Shown in pieces: positions 30,339 through 38,845 of a DNA stretch of 64,000 bases. Position 1 is the first letter of the stretch. Each line of letters begins with the position of its first letter. Position numbers and translations under genes: made by a program. The stretch is from Escherichia phage vB_EcoM_FT. The notes beneath the pieces are model-generated. The model had not been told where the DNA came from, did no database searches, and saw only the letters and a list, made by a program, of their open reading frames with translations. Location of the stretch: sequence record MT682710.1; one strand, written 5' to 3'.

Positions 30339-31363
30339 ATCTTGGCATATTTAGATAGCCGCATTTTAGCCATCAACCCCTGGGCAATATTATTTTTCAT
30401 ATATTCCATAATTTGTTCAGGGGTTGCACCTTCCTTTCTAATCATATCATTAACATCTTTTGATTTCCAGGGAGATTTATCCCAAAACATAACCCTTTCT
30501 CCTGCATCAACTAATTTAGTCATTCGTTTAATAGTGTCAGGGTGACGAGGTTCATTATCTAAAACCCACACTCGTCTATCTTTAAATGGAACAACTTCTA
30601 GGTCTAATTGACCACCCGTAATAGCTATACCATTTTCAATAAAAAGTGAATCTATAGGTCCTTCTAGAACATATACATCACCATCTTTAACTCGTTCGAC
30701 TCCATAGATTTTTGTTGCTTCAGGATAAGCTTTGATAGTGATATATTTTTGGGGAGCATCTTTCTTTAATGCACGTCCTTGAAACGACTCAGCTTTTCCA
30801 TTAGCATTATAAATTGGAATAACAAGACGAGGCTCAGAAATTTCCTTTTTATATGTTCCCGGTGCTATGCTATTAACCAATTTAGGCCATTCAGTTGTAA
30901 ACCAAAGATATTTCCATTTATCCTTTGGAATACAACGAGCTTTTACATATTTTATAATTGGATGGTCTTCCGCCAATTTATCTAATCTGATGCATGACGG
31001 AAGAGATTTAATTATTTTCTTCTCAGGTTGTTTAGGAAGTTCTTTAGGTTTTTCTACTGGACGACTTTTACCTTTTTCTTTTCTTATTTCAAAGATATAC
31101 TCACGATATAAATCAGGTTCAAACTCCTTTAAATATATTCCGATTGGTGCATGATAGTTACAGTTATAACAATGAATATTTCCTTCATTATTATCGCCAT
31201 AATACCATCCACGGGCTTTATTTTGATCGGTTTTTGAATCTCCACAAACGGGACATCTAAACCGTAATTTAAAAGTTGAACTATTATTTACTTGTGCGAA
31301 TTTAGGTAAATGAGCCAATGCACGGTATGCAAACTCATTATCAATCCAAGGTATTGATGACAT
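30335..31363 (-). CDS. 61: DNA primase
   Basis: 342 aa, the T4 gp61 length; N-terminal zinc ribbon (CPVCGD...CYNCNYH) and a TOPRIM region. Confidence 0.9.
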   Translation of the reverse strand: MSSIPWIDNEFAYRALAHLPKFAQVNNSSTFKLRFRCPVCGDSKTDQNKARGWYYGDNNEGNIHCYNCNYHAPIGIYLKEFEPDLYREYIFEIRKEKGKSRPVEKPKELPKQPEKKIIKSLPSCIRLDKLAEDHPIIKYVKARCIPKDKWKYLWFTTEWPKLVNSIAPGTYKKEISEPRLVIPIYNANGKAESFQGRALKKDAPQKYITIKAYPEATKIYGVERVKDGDVYVLEGPIDSLFIENGIAITGGQLDLEVVPFKDRRVWVLDNEPRHPDTIKRMTKLVDAGERVMFWDKSPWKSKDVNDMIRKEGATPEQIMEYMKNNIAQGLMAKMRLSKYAKI

Positions 31364-31531
31364 TTTTACTCTTCTTTTTCTTTAGATTCCTCTTTTTTCT
31401 TTTTAGGAATCTGTTCAGGACCTTTATTTACTACAGCACCTGACGTTGTTCCAGTGGAGATATTTTCAGGATTACCACCTGAATCTCCAGCTACCATATC
31501 TTCTTTAATAAATTCTTTATATGTTTTCATA

Positions 31532-32158
31532 TTAACCTCTATTCATAAAAGCATTAAAAATTTGGTCATCAATAGAAACATCTACTTTAGACTGTTTTTC
31601 TGATGGTAATTCATATCCACATATTACAATTTTGTGATCAATATCAAAATACACAGAAGCAATATGATTAATGATGTTTTCAGTAAAGTCTAAATCAACA
31701 TCAATATCTTTTTGACCACAGCCCAAAGGATAAATAATGCGAGTAATTCGATTATCTTTAACAAAGATTCCACCGACATACTCTGTGCTGCGTTTAAAGT
31801 CTACACGCCAACGAAATGAAAAATATTCAGGCTCTTTATGAGCTCTGCTCATAGGACACAACGAGTAACTAGAATAAGAGATGTCAAATCCTACGCCTTC
31901 AATATGAGCCAAAGTATCATGATTAAACCAATTATAATCGTACGCCAAATCCATTAGATTATAATATGTAAAAGGCACCGGATTAACGTCATTAATCACA
32001 AGCATGTAATTAGCAACTGCTATAATTTCATTGTTTTTAACGAATACAAACCGTGATTGATGCGAATGACCTGGACCCGCGTTTTCACGATTAATGATAT
32101 AACACTGGGCACCTTTATATTTGTATGTATCTTTGCACTTGTGCATTTGATAGAGCAT
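31532..32158 (-). CDS. hypothetical protein (208 aa)
   Basis: ORF between gene 61 and sp; Cys/His-containing, no assignable fold. Confidence 0.5.
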   Translation of the reverse strand: MLYQMHKCKDTYKYKGAQCYIINRENAGPGHSHQSRFVFVKNNEIIAVANYMLVINDVNPVPFTYYNLMDLAYDYNWFNHDTLAHIEGVGFDISYSSYSLCPMSRAHKEPEYFSFRWRVDFKRSTEYVGGIFVKDNRITRIIYPLGCGQKDIDVDLDFTENIINHIASVYFDIDHKIVICGYELPSEKQSKVDVSIDDQIFNAFMNRG

Positions 32159-32451
32159 TATTCACCTACCACTTCAGCGATGATATTTTTATTATTAAAG
32201 TTTTTATCGCAATACAGAACATAATTATACTGCATTACACCACCAGACTTAAGCTGTTTTTGCACTTCAGCTTTCATTTCGGGGCGATCGCGCTCAACGA
32301 TATTCATAATATCTGCTTCAATTTGAGTTTCAACTTCAGTCTGATCAGCAGTCATAGACCATTCGCACAAATCTTTATCATAACCTGCCATAGCAGGCTG
32401 AGCAGCACAAGAAGCTAAAGCAAAAATTGTAGCAAAGATAAATTTTTTCAT
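32158..32451 (-). CDS. sp: periplasmic Spackle-like protein
   Basis: 97 aa from the internal ATG at 32451 (GAGGAG RBS); signal peptide MKKFIFATIFALASCAAQPAMA; at the T4 sp position. Confidence 0.65.
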   Translation of the reverse strand: MKKFIFATIFALASCAAQPAMAGYDKDLCEWSMTADQTEVETQIEADIMNIVERDRPEMKAEVQKQLKSGGVMQYNYVLYCDKNFNNKNIIAEVVGE

Positions 32452-32512
32452 GATTAATCTCCTCAGTAGTTTATGTTTATATAGTATCTCAATTTCCAAT
32501 AAAAGTAAACAG

Positions 32513-32770
32513 TTATTTTAAAACTTTTGCATAATCACATGTTACAAACTGTTTCTCTAGCTTAACGATCTTACGAAAATACCTTTTACACTGACGAATC
32601 TGTCGCTTCGTAGGACGTACAGCAAACTTAATAAATTCCACTCGACCAAATGGAGGACTTTCTTCTGCTGGAATATCTAGCACCAATTCCCACGTATCTG
32701 CAATAAGTGCTTTGAATTGCGTATTTTTCCTGACGTTATACGGAGTAGGTTTAAATAAAACAATATGCAT
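32513..32770 (-). CDS. hypothetical protein (85 aa)
   Basis: Starts 1 nt after the dmd stop; basic C-terminus. Confidence 0.45.
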   Translation of the reverse strand: MHIVLFKPTPYNVRKNTQFKALIADTWELVLDIPAEESPPFGRVEFIKFAVRPTKRQIRQCKRYFRKIVKLEKQFVTCDYAKVLK

Positions 32771-32771
32771 A

Positions 32772-32954
32772 TTATCCTCGGCAATCCACTTCACACACTT
32801 TCTTGTCATCAATGAAAGCTTTAACTAATGCTTTATTAACTTCAGCATATTGAGTAGTAGCCCATTGAACGTCATCTTTCATCATTGTGGTTTCTTTAGT
32901 AAACATGCTTTCATTCTTAAACCACCCCATAAAAACTACCTTTACCAATTCCAT
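32772..32954 (-). CDS. dmd: Dmd antitoxin (inhibitor of host RnlA/LsoA RNases)
   Basis: 60 aa, MELVKVVFMGWFKNESMFTKE..., matches T4 Dmd (61.5) as recalled; adjacent to gene 41. Confidence 0.75.
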   Translation of the reverse strand: MELVKVVFMGWFKNESMFTKETTMMKDDVQWATTQYAEVNKALVKAFIDDKKVCEVDCRG

Positions 32955-33012
32955 AACAATCTCCTCATTTAACCAACAAGACTACTATACCATAGTCTTG
33001 TCAGCTTGTAAA

Positions 33013-34440
33013 CTAAAATTTTAATTCATTTGCCAAAGCATCTAACTGAGCTCGAGTCGATTCGTTTCTTTGATAGCGATTCTGCTCAGCCTGAATCTGC
33101 TGTGAACCTGCTACTTCGTTCACTTCAGTTGGAGTAGAATCTTGTTCAATTTCTACCCATTTCTGATTTCCTTTTTGAACACCCATCAAAAACTTATTCC
33201 ATTTATTCTTATCACCATATCGTGATTTGATTTGCTTAATGAGTTGTTGTTCAGCAGCTGCTAACTCCTCGGTTTCAATGACCGCAAGCATAAAATCAGC
33301 TGTTGCTGGAAGACCAGCAGATTCTGCAATATCGCTCATGTTAACATCAGAAGAATCCCAAGCCTGTTTACCAACCTGTGCTGCAGTCCAAAGAACAGTT
33401 TCAGTTTCAACAGCCAGAGCACGCAATTCTTCTGCGATGGCTTTAACAGTTGTGTAACTATTTTCTGAATAAACTCTAATGCGGCAAGATTTACAAATAC
33501 CTAGATAGTCAACAATAATGATTGTTGGAACAAAATTCTTCTTGAGCTTTAATTCATTTAAAAGCGACCGAAATGTATTAGCATCTGCTCCACCAGTAGG
33601 ATACTGTTTAACGATTAAACGACCGAGAGTAGATTTCTCACGCCATTTTTCCATTTTTCCTTTATACTCAGCGTAAGAAATATGCCCATCATCAATGTCA
33701 TCAAGAGAAACATCAAGCATATTAGCATCAATACGCTTAGCACAGACTTCTTCTGCCATTTCCATGGAAATGTAAAGAACATTATGTCCGAGCTGCAAAT
33801 AATCTGCTGCCAATGAACACAGACCTAATGACTTACCAACGTTAACGCCAGCCATTAAAACGTTCAGTGTTCCAGTTTCAGCTCCGCCTTTCGTAATTTT
33901 GTTTAGAATTCTGAGTTTAAACGGAACTTTACGAGCTTTATTCATATAAGATAGCCAGCGTGCTTCGTAGTCATCCATCCAATCATGACCAACGTAACTA
34001 TCAAATGAAATTGATAATGCTTGGCGCATGATGTCAGGAATAGCACCTACATCTGGCATTTTCTTATTTCGTTTTTCCGGAGGAAGCTCAGCATTAGTTT
34101 GAATTTCGATTATTTTAGACGTAGCATTAAACATCGCCCTTTGCTGAACATATTTTTCTGTTTCTTTTATTAACCAACTGTGGTCTTCCGGAGAATCAGC
34201 CAGTTTTGAAATAAGTGTTTTTACACCAGAATATTCTGTTTCAGTAAATGAACTATTTTCTAATGCAACATTTAACGCATTAATAGATGGAACGCTATGA
34301 TACTCATTGACATGAGATTTAATTAATTTGAATGTATTTTTAGCTGGACCACTTTCAAAATATTCTGAATCCATATATGGCCAAACTTTTGAAAAATAAG
34401 CTTGATCAAATATAAGATGAGAAAGAATAATTTCTACCAC
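33013..34440 (-). CDS. 41: replicative DNA helicase (DnaB-like)
   Basis: 475 aa, the T4 gp41 length; Walker A GVNVGKS. Confidence 0.9.
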   Translation of the reverse strand: MVEIILSHLIFDQAYFSKVWPYMDSEYFESGPAKNTFKLIKSHVNEYHSVPSINALNVALENSSFTETEYSGVKTLISKLADSPEDHSWLIKETEKYVQQRAMFNATSKIIEIQTNAELPPEKRNKKMPDVGAIPDIMRQALSISFDSYVGHDWMDDYEARWLSYMNKARKVPFKLRILNKITKGGAETGTLNVLMAGVNVGKSLGLCSLAADYLQLGHNVLYISMEMAEEVCAKRIDANMLDVSLDDIDDGHISYAEYKGKMEKWREKSTLGRLIVKQYPTGGADANTFRSLLNELKLKKNFVPTIIIVDYLGICKSCRIRVYSENSYTTVKAIAEELRALAVETETVLWTAAQVGKQAWDSSDVNMSDIAESAGLPATADFMLAVIETEELAAAEQQLIKQIKSRYGDKNKWNKFLMGVQKGNQKWVEIEQDSTPTEVNEVAGSQQIQAEQNRYQRNESTRAQLDALANELKF

Positions 34441-34449
34441 ACTTACTCC

Positions 34450-34812
34450 TTAAAAGAATTTAAACTTTTTCTTTGACCTTTTATTAAATGCATCTTGCAG
34501 TTGCATTGTAATACATTTTTCTACATGAGGAGCTAACTCAGCTTTTCTTTCTTGGTCAAGAACAGCAAAGTCCATTACAACCTTTCCATCAACCCAATCT
34601 AATTTTGTCACATACACAATGTGTGTAGAACCATCTTCTAGTTTAATGACAATCTCCTGGATAACATTTTCCATGGCAGATTTAATTATCTTAAGAGATT
34701 CATTAAAAAGACGTTCTTTTCTTTCTTCTTCCCCCTCCGAAGAGGGGGATTCATCGATAATTTCTAGATCTAAGTCTAAATCATCTTTATTCATTAAATT
34801 CTTCCATATCAC
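34450..34812 (-). CDS. 40: gp40-like protein
   Basis: About 120 aa ORF between uvsX and 41, as in T4; acidic N-terminus. Confidence 0.55.
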   Translation of the reverse strand: MIWKNLMNKDDLDLDLEIIDESPSSEGEEERKERLFNESLKIIKSAMENVIQEIVIKLEDGSTHIVYVTKLDWVDGKVVMDFAVLDQERKAELAPHVEKCITMQLQDAFNKRSKKKFKFF

Positions 34813-35968
34813 TTAACTGCTCGAGGTCAGTTTCTAAATCAGCAGCTGATTTACTTTTACTTTCTAGAGATTTAAATTTTTCAACCTTTGAGTTAATCAA
34901 TTCATCAACTTCAGCTTCAACAATTTCATTACTATCAATAGCACCTAACTGATAAGCACGTTTAATAGCATCTCGGAATGGTTGATGCTTAAATAAAGGA
35001 CCCCAGAATGTAGTGCAGTTGGTATCTTTTGCACGCCAAGATTTTTCTTCGCGAATCATCTCGCCGGTTTCTTCATCAAGAAATTCACGAGCATACCAGC
35101 CATTTTTAGGTTTTACCACGAATCCTAATTCTAGAGCCATATCTAACAATCCAGAATAAGGATCGATACCACCGTCAAATTTAACATCAATAAAGAATTT
35201 ACTTTTTTCTTTAACGGTACGAGATTTTTCTACATTTAGAACAAATTGATACCCCTGAAGATCAGAACCATCTTTAATCTGGCGCTTACCGATAATGAAT
35301 ACAGTATCAGCCGAATACATTACGCCTGTACCACCTGTCATCACGGTTTTACTAAACATTTCAATTGTTTCAATTGTGTGGTTAACCGCAACACATGGAA
35401 TGTTTTTAATACTAAAATAAGGAGTAACAATACGGAATAATGACTTCAGTGATTTAGCACGAGTCATATCTGCCACAGATTTTTCATTCAAGGCATCTTC
35501 CGTTTCTTTCTTAGAAGCCATATTACCGATTGAGTCGATGAATACAATAACTTTTTCACCGCGCTCAATAGCTTCAAGCTGATTCACCATATCAATTTTC
35601 AGCTGTTCAACTGACTGGATTGGTGTATGAATTACACGTTCCGGATCAACTCCCATGGATCGCAAATAAGCTGGAGTAATACCAAATTCGCTATCATAGA
35701 ATAAACAAACCGCATCAGGATATTTGTTCAAATACGCCGCAACCATAGTCAAAGACATATTTGATTTAAAGTGTTTAGAAGGACCTGCAAAAATGGTTAA
35801 ACCAGACTGCATTCCACCATCAATCGCACCAGAAATAGCGATATTGAGCATTGGGATTTTTGTACGGATTACATCCTTTTCATTAAAGAATTTAGATGTA
35901 GTCAGCTCAGCAGTCATTTTAGAAGTGGAAGCTTTAATCAAACGGGATTTTAAATCTGCAATAGACAT
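34787..35968 (-). CDS. uvsX: UvsX recombinase (RecA/Rad51 family)
   Basis: 393 aa; RecA-like ATPase core (GPSKHFKS Walker A). Confidence 0.9.
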   Translation of the reverse strand: MSIADLKSRLIKASTSKMTAELTTSKFFNEKDVIRTKIPMLNIAISGAIDGGMQSGLTIFAGPSKHFKSNMSLTMVAAYLNKYPDAVCLFYDSEFGITPAYLRSMGVDPERVIHTPIQSVEQLKIDMVNQLEAIERGEKVIVFIDSIGNMASKKETEDALNEKSVADMTRAKSLKSLFRIVTPYFSIKNIPCVAVNHTIETIEMFSKTVMTGGTGVMYSADTVFIIGKRQIKDGSDLQGYQFVLNVEKSRTVKEKSKFFIDVKFDGGIDPYSGLLDMALELGFVVKPKNGWYAREFLDEETGEMIREEKSWRAKDTNCTTFWGPLFKHQPFRDAIKRAYQLGAIDSNEIVEAEVDELINSKVEKFKSLESKSKSAADLETDLEQLSDMEEFNE

Positions 35969-36045
35969 TCATTTTTTCCATAGGCATCATTATATTTTCC
36001 TCACTGGTTAAAGATAGAGTAATTATAACACAATAAATTTAGGCA

Positions 36046-36894
36046 TTAATCAACTGCTATTGGATGAATAGCATTAAACTTATGAAATGCTTCTGATTTT
36101 TCTTTACGCGAAACACACATGCGAAGAACCTTTAATGGCTCATCTTCTTCACCCAACGATTTTCGTTTTTCAATATTAGAAGTTTTCCAACGAGCTTGCT
36201 CTGGAAACTCTCTATTGATTTGTTCAAGCGCTCTATTATGTTTAGAATTACTACGAATTGAACTACACCCACCGGGAGCGTGTGATTTTCCAGATACAAC
36301 TAGATATTTGAACAAGGCCAAATGCGGATAACCTTGATTAATTAAATTGAGAAATGCATACATATCTTCACATAAATCAATTTTTCCATACCCAATTTGT
36401 TCTGTCGTAAGTTTTCCGAGGTCATACCATGTATTCGTGAATCCATATGAGTTTTCACGATAATTACCCCAAGATGAAGTAATTTTAAAAATTGGTAGAC
36501 GAGCATGACCGTGATAATACCCGCAATCCATAGCATCTTCAACGTATTGAATCAATTCGTAGAATTGTTCACGGGTTAATTGATTAATTTTATCTACGCG
36601 CCGTTTATCGTCTCTCTTTCGTATTGAACTCATACGAATAGTAGTATCATCATCAATCATCCAGATTCGTTGACCTGCATACATATCAGTAATTGCTTTA
36701 CGAGTACCTGCAATTCCATTAACATCATCAGGAATAGTTACAATTTTAGCTCTAGACCCATAAGCATCATAATAAGCTTTTTCTTCGTGTTCACGCACTA
36801 CAATATGTGGTTCATAATCAGTCGGAAACATATCAAGGGCAGAAACTGCCCCTACACGTTGATAGCTTGGAATTACGAATTGAATCATTTCCAC
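36046..36894 (-). CDS. putative DNA glycosyltransferase, GT-A-like with DxD motif, at the beta-gt locus
   Basis: 282 aa with WMIDDDTTI between uvsX and 42; T4 beta-gt at this locus is longer, so this may be the T2/T6-type beta-alpha-glucosyltransferase. Confidence 0.55.
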   Translation of the reverse strand: MEMIQFVIPSYQRVGAVSALDMFPTDYEPHIVVREHEEKAYYDAYGSRAKIVTIPDDVNGIAGTRKAITDMYAGQRIWMIDDDTTIRMSSIRKRDDKRRVDKINQLTREQFYELIQYVEDAMDCGYYHGHARLPIFKITSSWGNYRENSYGFTNTWYDLGKLTTEQIGYGKIDLCEDMYAFLNLINQGYPHLALFKYLVVSGKSHAPGGCSSIRSNSKHNRALEQINREFPEQARWKTSNIEKRKSLGEEDEPLKVLRMCVSRKEKSEAFHKFNAIHPIAVD

Positions 36895-37625
36895 TCACCG
36901 TTATAATCTTTTTTCACAATATGAGTTTCGCCAGTATTCCACCAATGATCAACCAAGTAAAAATGACGAGAATATACATGAAGACTTCCAACATTCCATA
37001 TAATAGAACCTGCTTTATACTGACGAGTTGAATCGCCTGCATTCAAATCAGATACTAATTTATCTAATACGTATTTTTGCCATGCATAATCATTACGGAA
37101 TCCGAAGACCACGTCATTTGAGCGCATGCTTACTACTGCATTGACTTTCTTATCACGAATCAGGTACTGTACTGTATTCGTACACATGAAATCTGACATA
37201 CCATCTTTATTGTAGTCAAATTGCATGGATGGACGAGTATAAATCATGATACCACGTCGAGAATCAGGATTTTGACCAAGTTCAGCTAAACACATATCAT
37301 ACTGAGCATAGTTATCTTCTGACCAGATAGCCCAACCATAATTCGAGTTAATTTCGCCTTTAGAAGATGCTACCTGCTGCCAAATCTTCGGTGTTTCACC
37401 TGGAATATCTTTAACAAACAAGCTCTTAGATTTATACCATTCAAGTTCACGCTGAATGTATTCATCATTAAGAGCGCCAAAAATAAACGGTTCATCTGCT
37501 ACAAATGATGCGCCAATAATTTCAATAGTTTTAACACCAGTTTTATCAATTACGAAATCTTTTTCCTTTAATGCAAGACCCAAATCAAGACGGATTTCTT
37601 CAACTGTCATAGAGTCACTAATCAT
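36885..37625 (-). CDS. 42: dCMP hydroxymethylase
   Basis: 246 aa, the T4 gp42 length; thymidylate-synthase-like fold signature. Confidence 0.9.
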   Translation of the reverse strand: MISDSMTVEEIRLDLGLALKEKDFVIDKTGVKTIEIIGASFVADEPFIFGALNDEYIQRELEWYKSKSLFVKDIPGETPKIWQQVASSKGEINSNYGWAIWSEDNYAQYDMCLAELGQNPDSRRGIMIYTRPSMQFDYNKDGMSDFMCTNTVQYLIRDKKVNAVVSMRSNDVVFGFRNDYAWQKYVLDKLVSDLNAGDSTRQYKAGSIIWNVGSLHVYSRHFYLVDHWWNTGETHIVKKDYNGEWK

Positions 37626-37632
37626 TTAAACC

Positions 37633-37782
37633 TCAATTGATACATTCATATTTAACTTGTAACAGTAATAAACCCCAACCTAAAATAATAGTTGGAATCA
37701 TAAGAGGAACCGTTACACTATAGTATATACTTATTATAATCATCAAGATTAAAAGCAATGCTGTTATAATTTTGCTTTTCAT
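37633..37782 (-). CDS. small membrane peptide (49 aa)
   Basis: ATG overlaps the imm stop (ATGA); hydrophobic. Confidence 0.4.
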   Translation of the reverse strand: MKSKIITALLLILMIIISIYYSVTVPLMIPTIILGWGLLLLQVKYECIN

Positions 37783-38030
37783 TCCTTCTCTCTGATGATA
37801 ATTACCTGATTTGGCTGTGCAGACTTTTTAGTTTCACCCGCAATTGACCAAATAAATGTAATAAACCAACCAATAATTGACCAGTTAAACAGTAAAGATG
37901 TGAAAAAGATTCCTACTGTCGATTTTGACCCACGCATCAAGGCGATAAACCATGGAAGCATGTATATAATAATAGCCAACACACCTGAAACTAAAACCAT
38001 AAAAATTGAACCTGCTACTAAAGTTTCCAT
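37779..38030 (-). CDS. imm: superinfection immunity protein Imm
   Basis: 83 aa membrane protein with two TM helices, at the T4 imm position and length. Confidence 0.8.
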   Translation of the reverse strand: METLVAGSIFMVLVSGVLAIIIYMLPWFIALMRGSKSTVGIFFTSLLFNWSIIGWFITFIWSIAGETKKSAQPNQVIIIREKE

Positions 38031-38037
38031 GTTTTCC

Positions 38038-38418
38038 TCACTTAGTCAAATTTTTTACACATGAATTATAAGAATTCACTACATACTCCATCGGAGCATT
38101 TTTACCAGTACGCCATTGGTAATTATTAGCCCAATTAGCCCAAAGCTCGGCGCAGTAGTTTTCAATTTTTTCTTCGCGTGTAATTACATCCGAATTACGA
38201 TATGCTTGAGCAGATTCATCTGGACGAATAGCTTCGTCAAAATTCGCCTGCATTTGTTCGACTGTTTGCTTTGGAGCTTCTTTATAACACTTGACATTAG
38301 GATTATAAAATTTGCTTGAACAGTTTACAATTTTTCCTACATCAGACTGATTTACTACCGGTCCTTGAGCTACACAACCAGTAAGACCTAATGCAATAAC
38401 CAAAATAGCGATTTTCAT
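38038..38418 (-). CDS. putative lipoprotein (126 aa)
   Basis: Signal peptide with lipobox LTGCVA. Confidence 0.5.
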   Translation of the reverse strand: MKIAILVIALGLTGCVAQGPVVNQSDVGKIVNCSSKFYNPNVKCYKEAPKQTVEQMQANFDEAIRPDESAQAYRNSDVITREEKIENYCAELWANWANNYQWRTGKNAPMEYVVNSYNSCVKNLTK

Positions 38419-38428
38419 AATAATTTCC

Positions 38429-38677
38429 TCAAATGCAAGTAGTAATTACTCCAGTAGTGCTTATGCAGGTATTACCCATTTGCACACCTAAAGATCCATT
38501 TGTATTCACATGAAGATTATCATCAATTTTTGTTGATATTTTACCATTAGTGTGAATAACGGTGCTAGATTCAATCACAGGTTGAGTATCATTTTCAACA
38601 CTAACAAATGGAACTGCTGCTAATGCAACTAAACAAACTGCTAAGCATCCCATAACAATTTTCATTTTATTCTCCAA
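38429..38677 (-). CDS. secreted or membrane protein (82 aa)
   Basis: N-terminal signal-like hydrophobic segment; early promoter upstream. Confidence 0.45.
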   Translation of the reverse strand: MENKMKIVMGCLAVCLVALAAVPFVSVENDTQPVIESSTVIHTNGKISTKIDDNLHVNTNGSLGVQMGNTCISTTGVITTCI

Positions 38678-38694
38678 ATCCGTATTAGTTGATA

Positions 38695-38730
38695 GTTGTA
38701 TAGTACCATGGAAGAACAGTCTTGTAAACA
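38695..38730 (-). promoter_or_regulatory. early promoter cassette
   Basis: Minus strand TGTTTACAAGACTGTTCTTCCATGGTACTATACAACTATCAAC, member of the repeat family. Confidence 0.55.
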
Positions 38731-38811
38731 GTTTTGTGAAAATTTTTTAGGGAATTCTAAAGGTCCAGAATCATCTGTTTTTCATAAGTATAGATTTATA
38801 TTACTTGTATG

Positions 38812-38832
38812 AAAAAGGGACCCGGAGGTCCC
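38812..38832 (-). terminator. rho-independent terminator downstream of gene 43
   Basis: GGGACC-UCCG-GGUCCC hairpin followed by U5 on the minus strand. Confidence 0.7.
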
Positions 38833-38845
38833 TAGATTTATTCTA

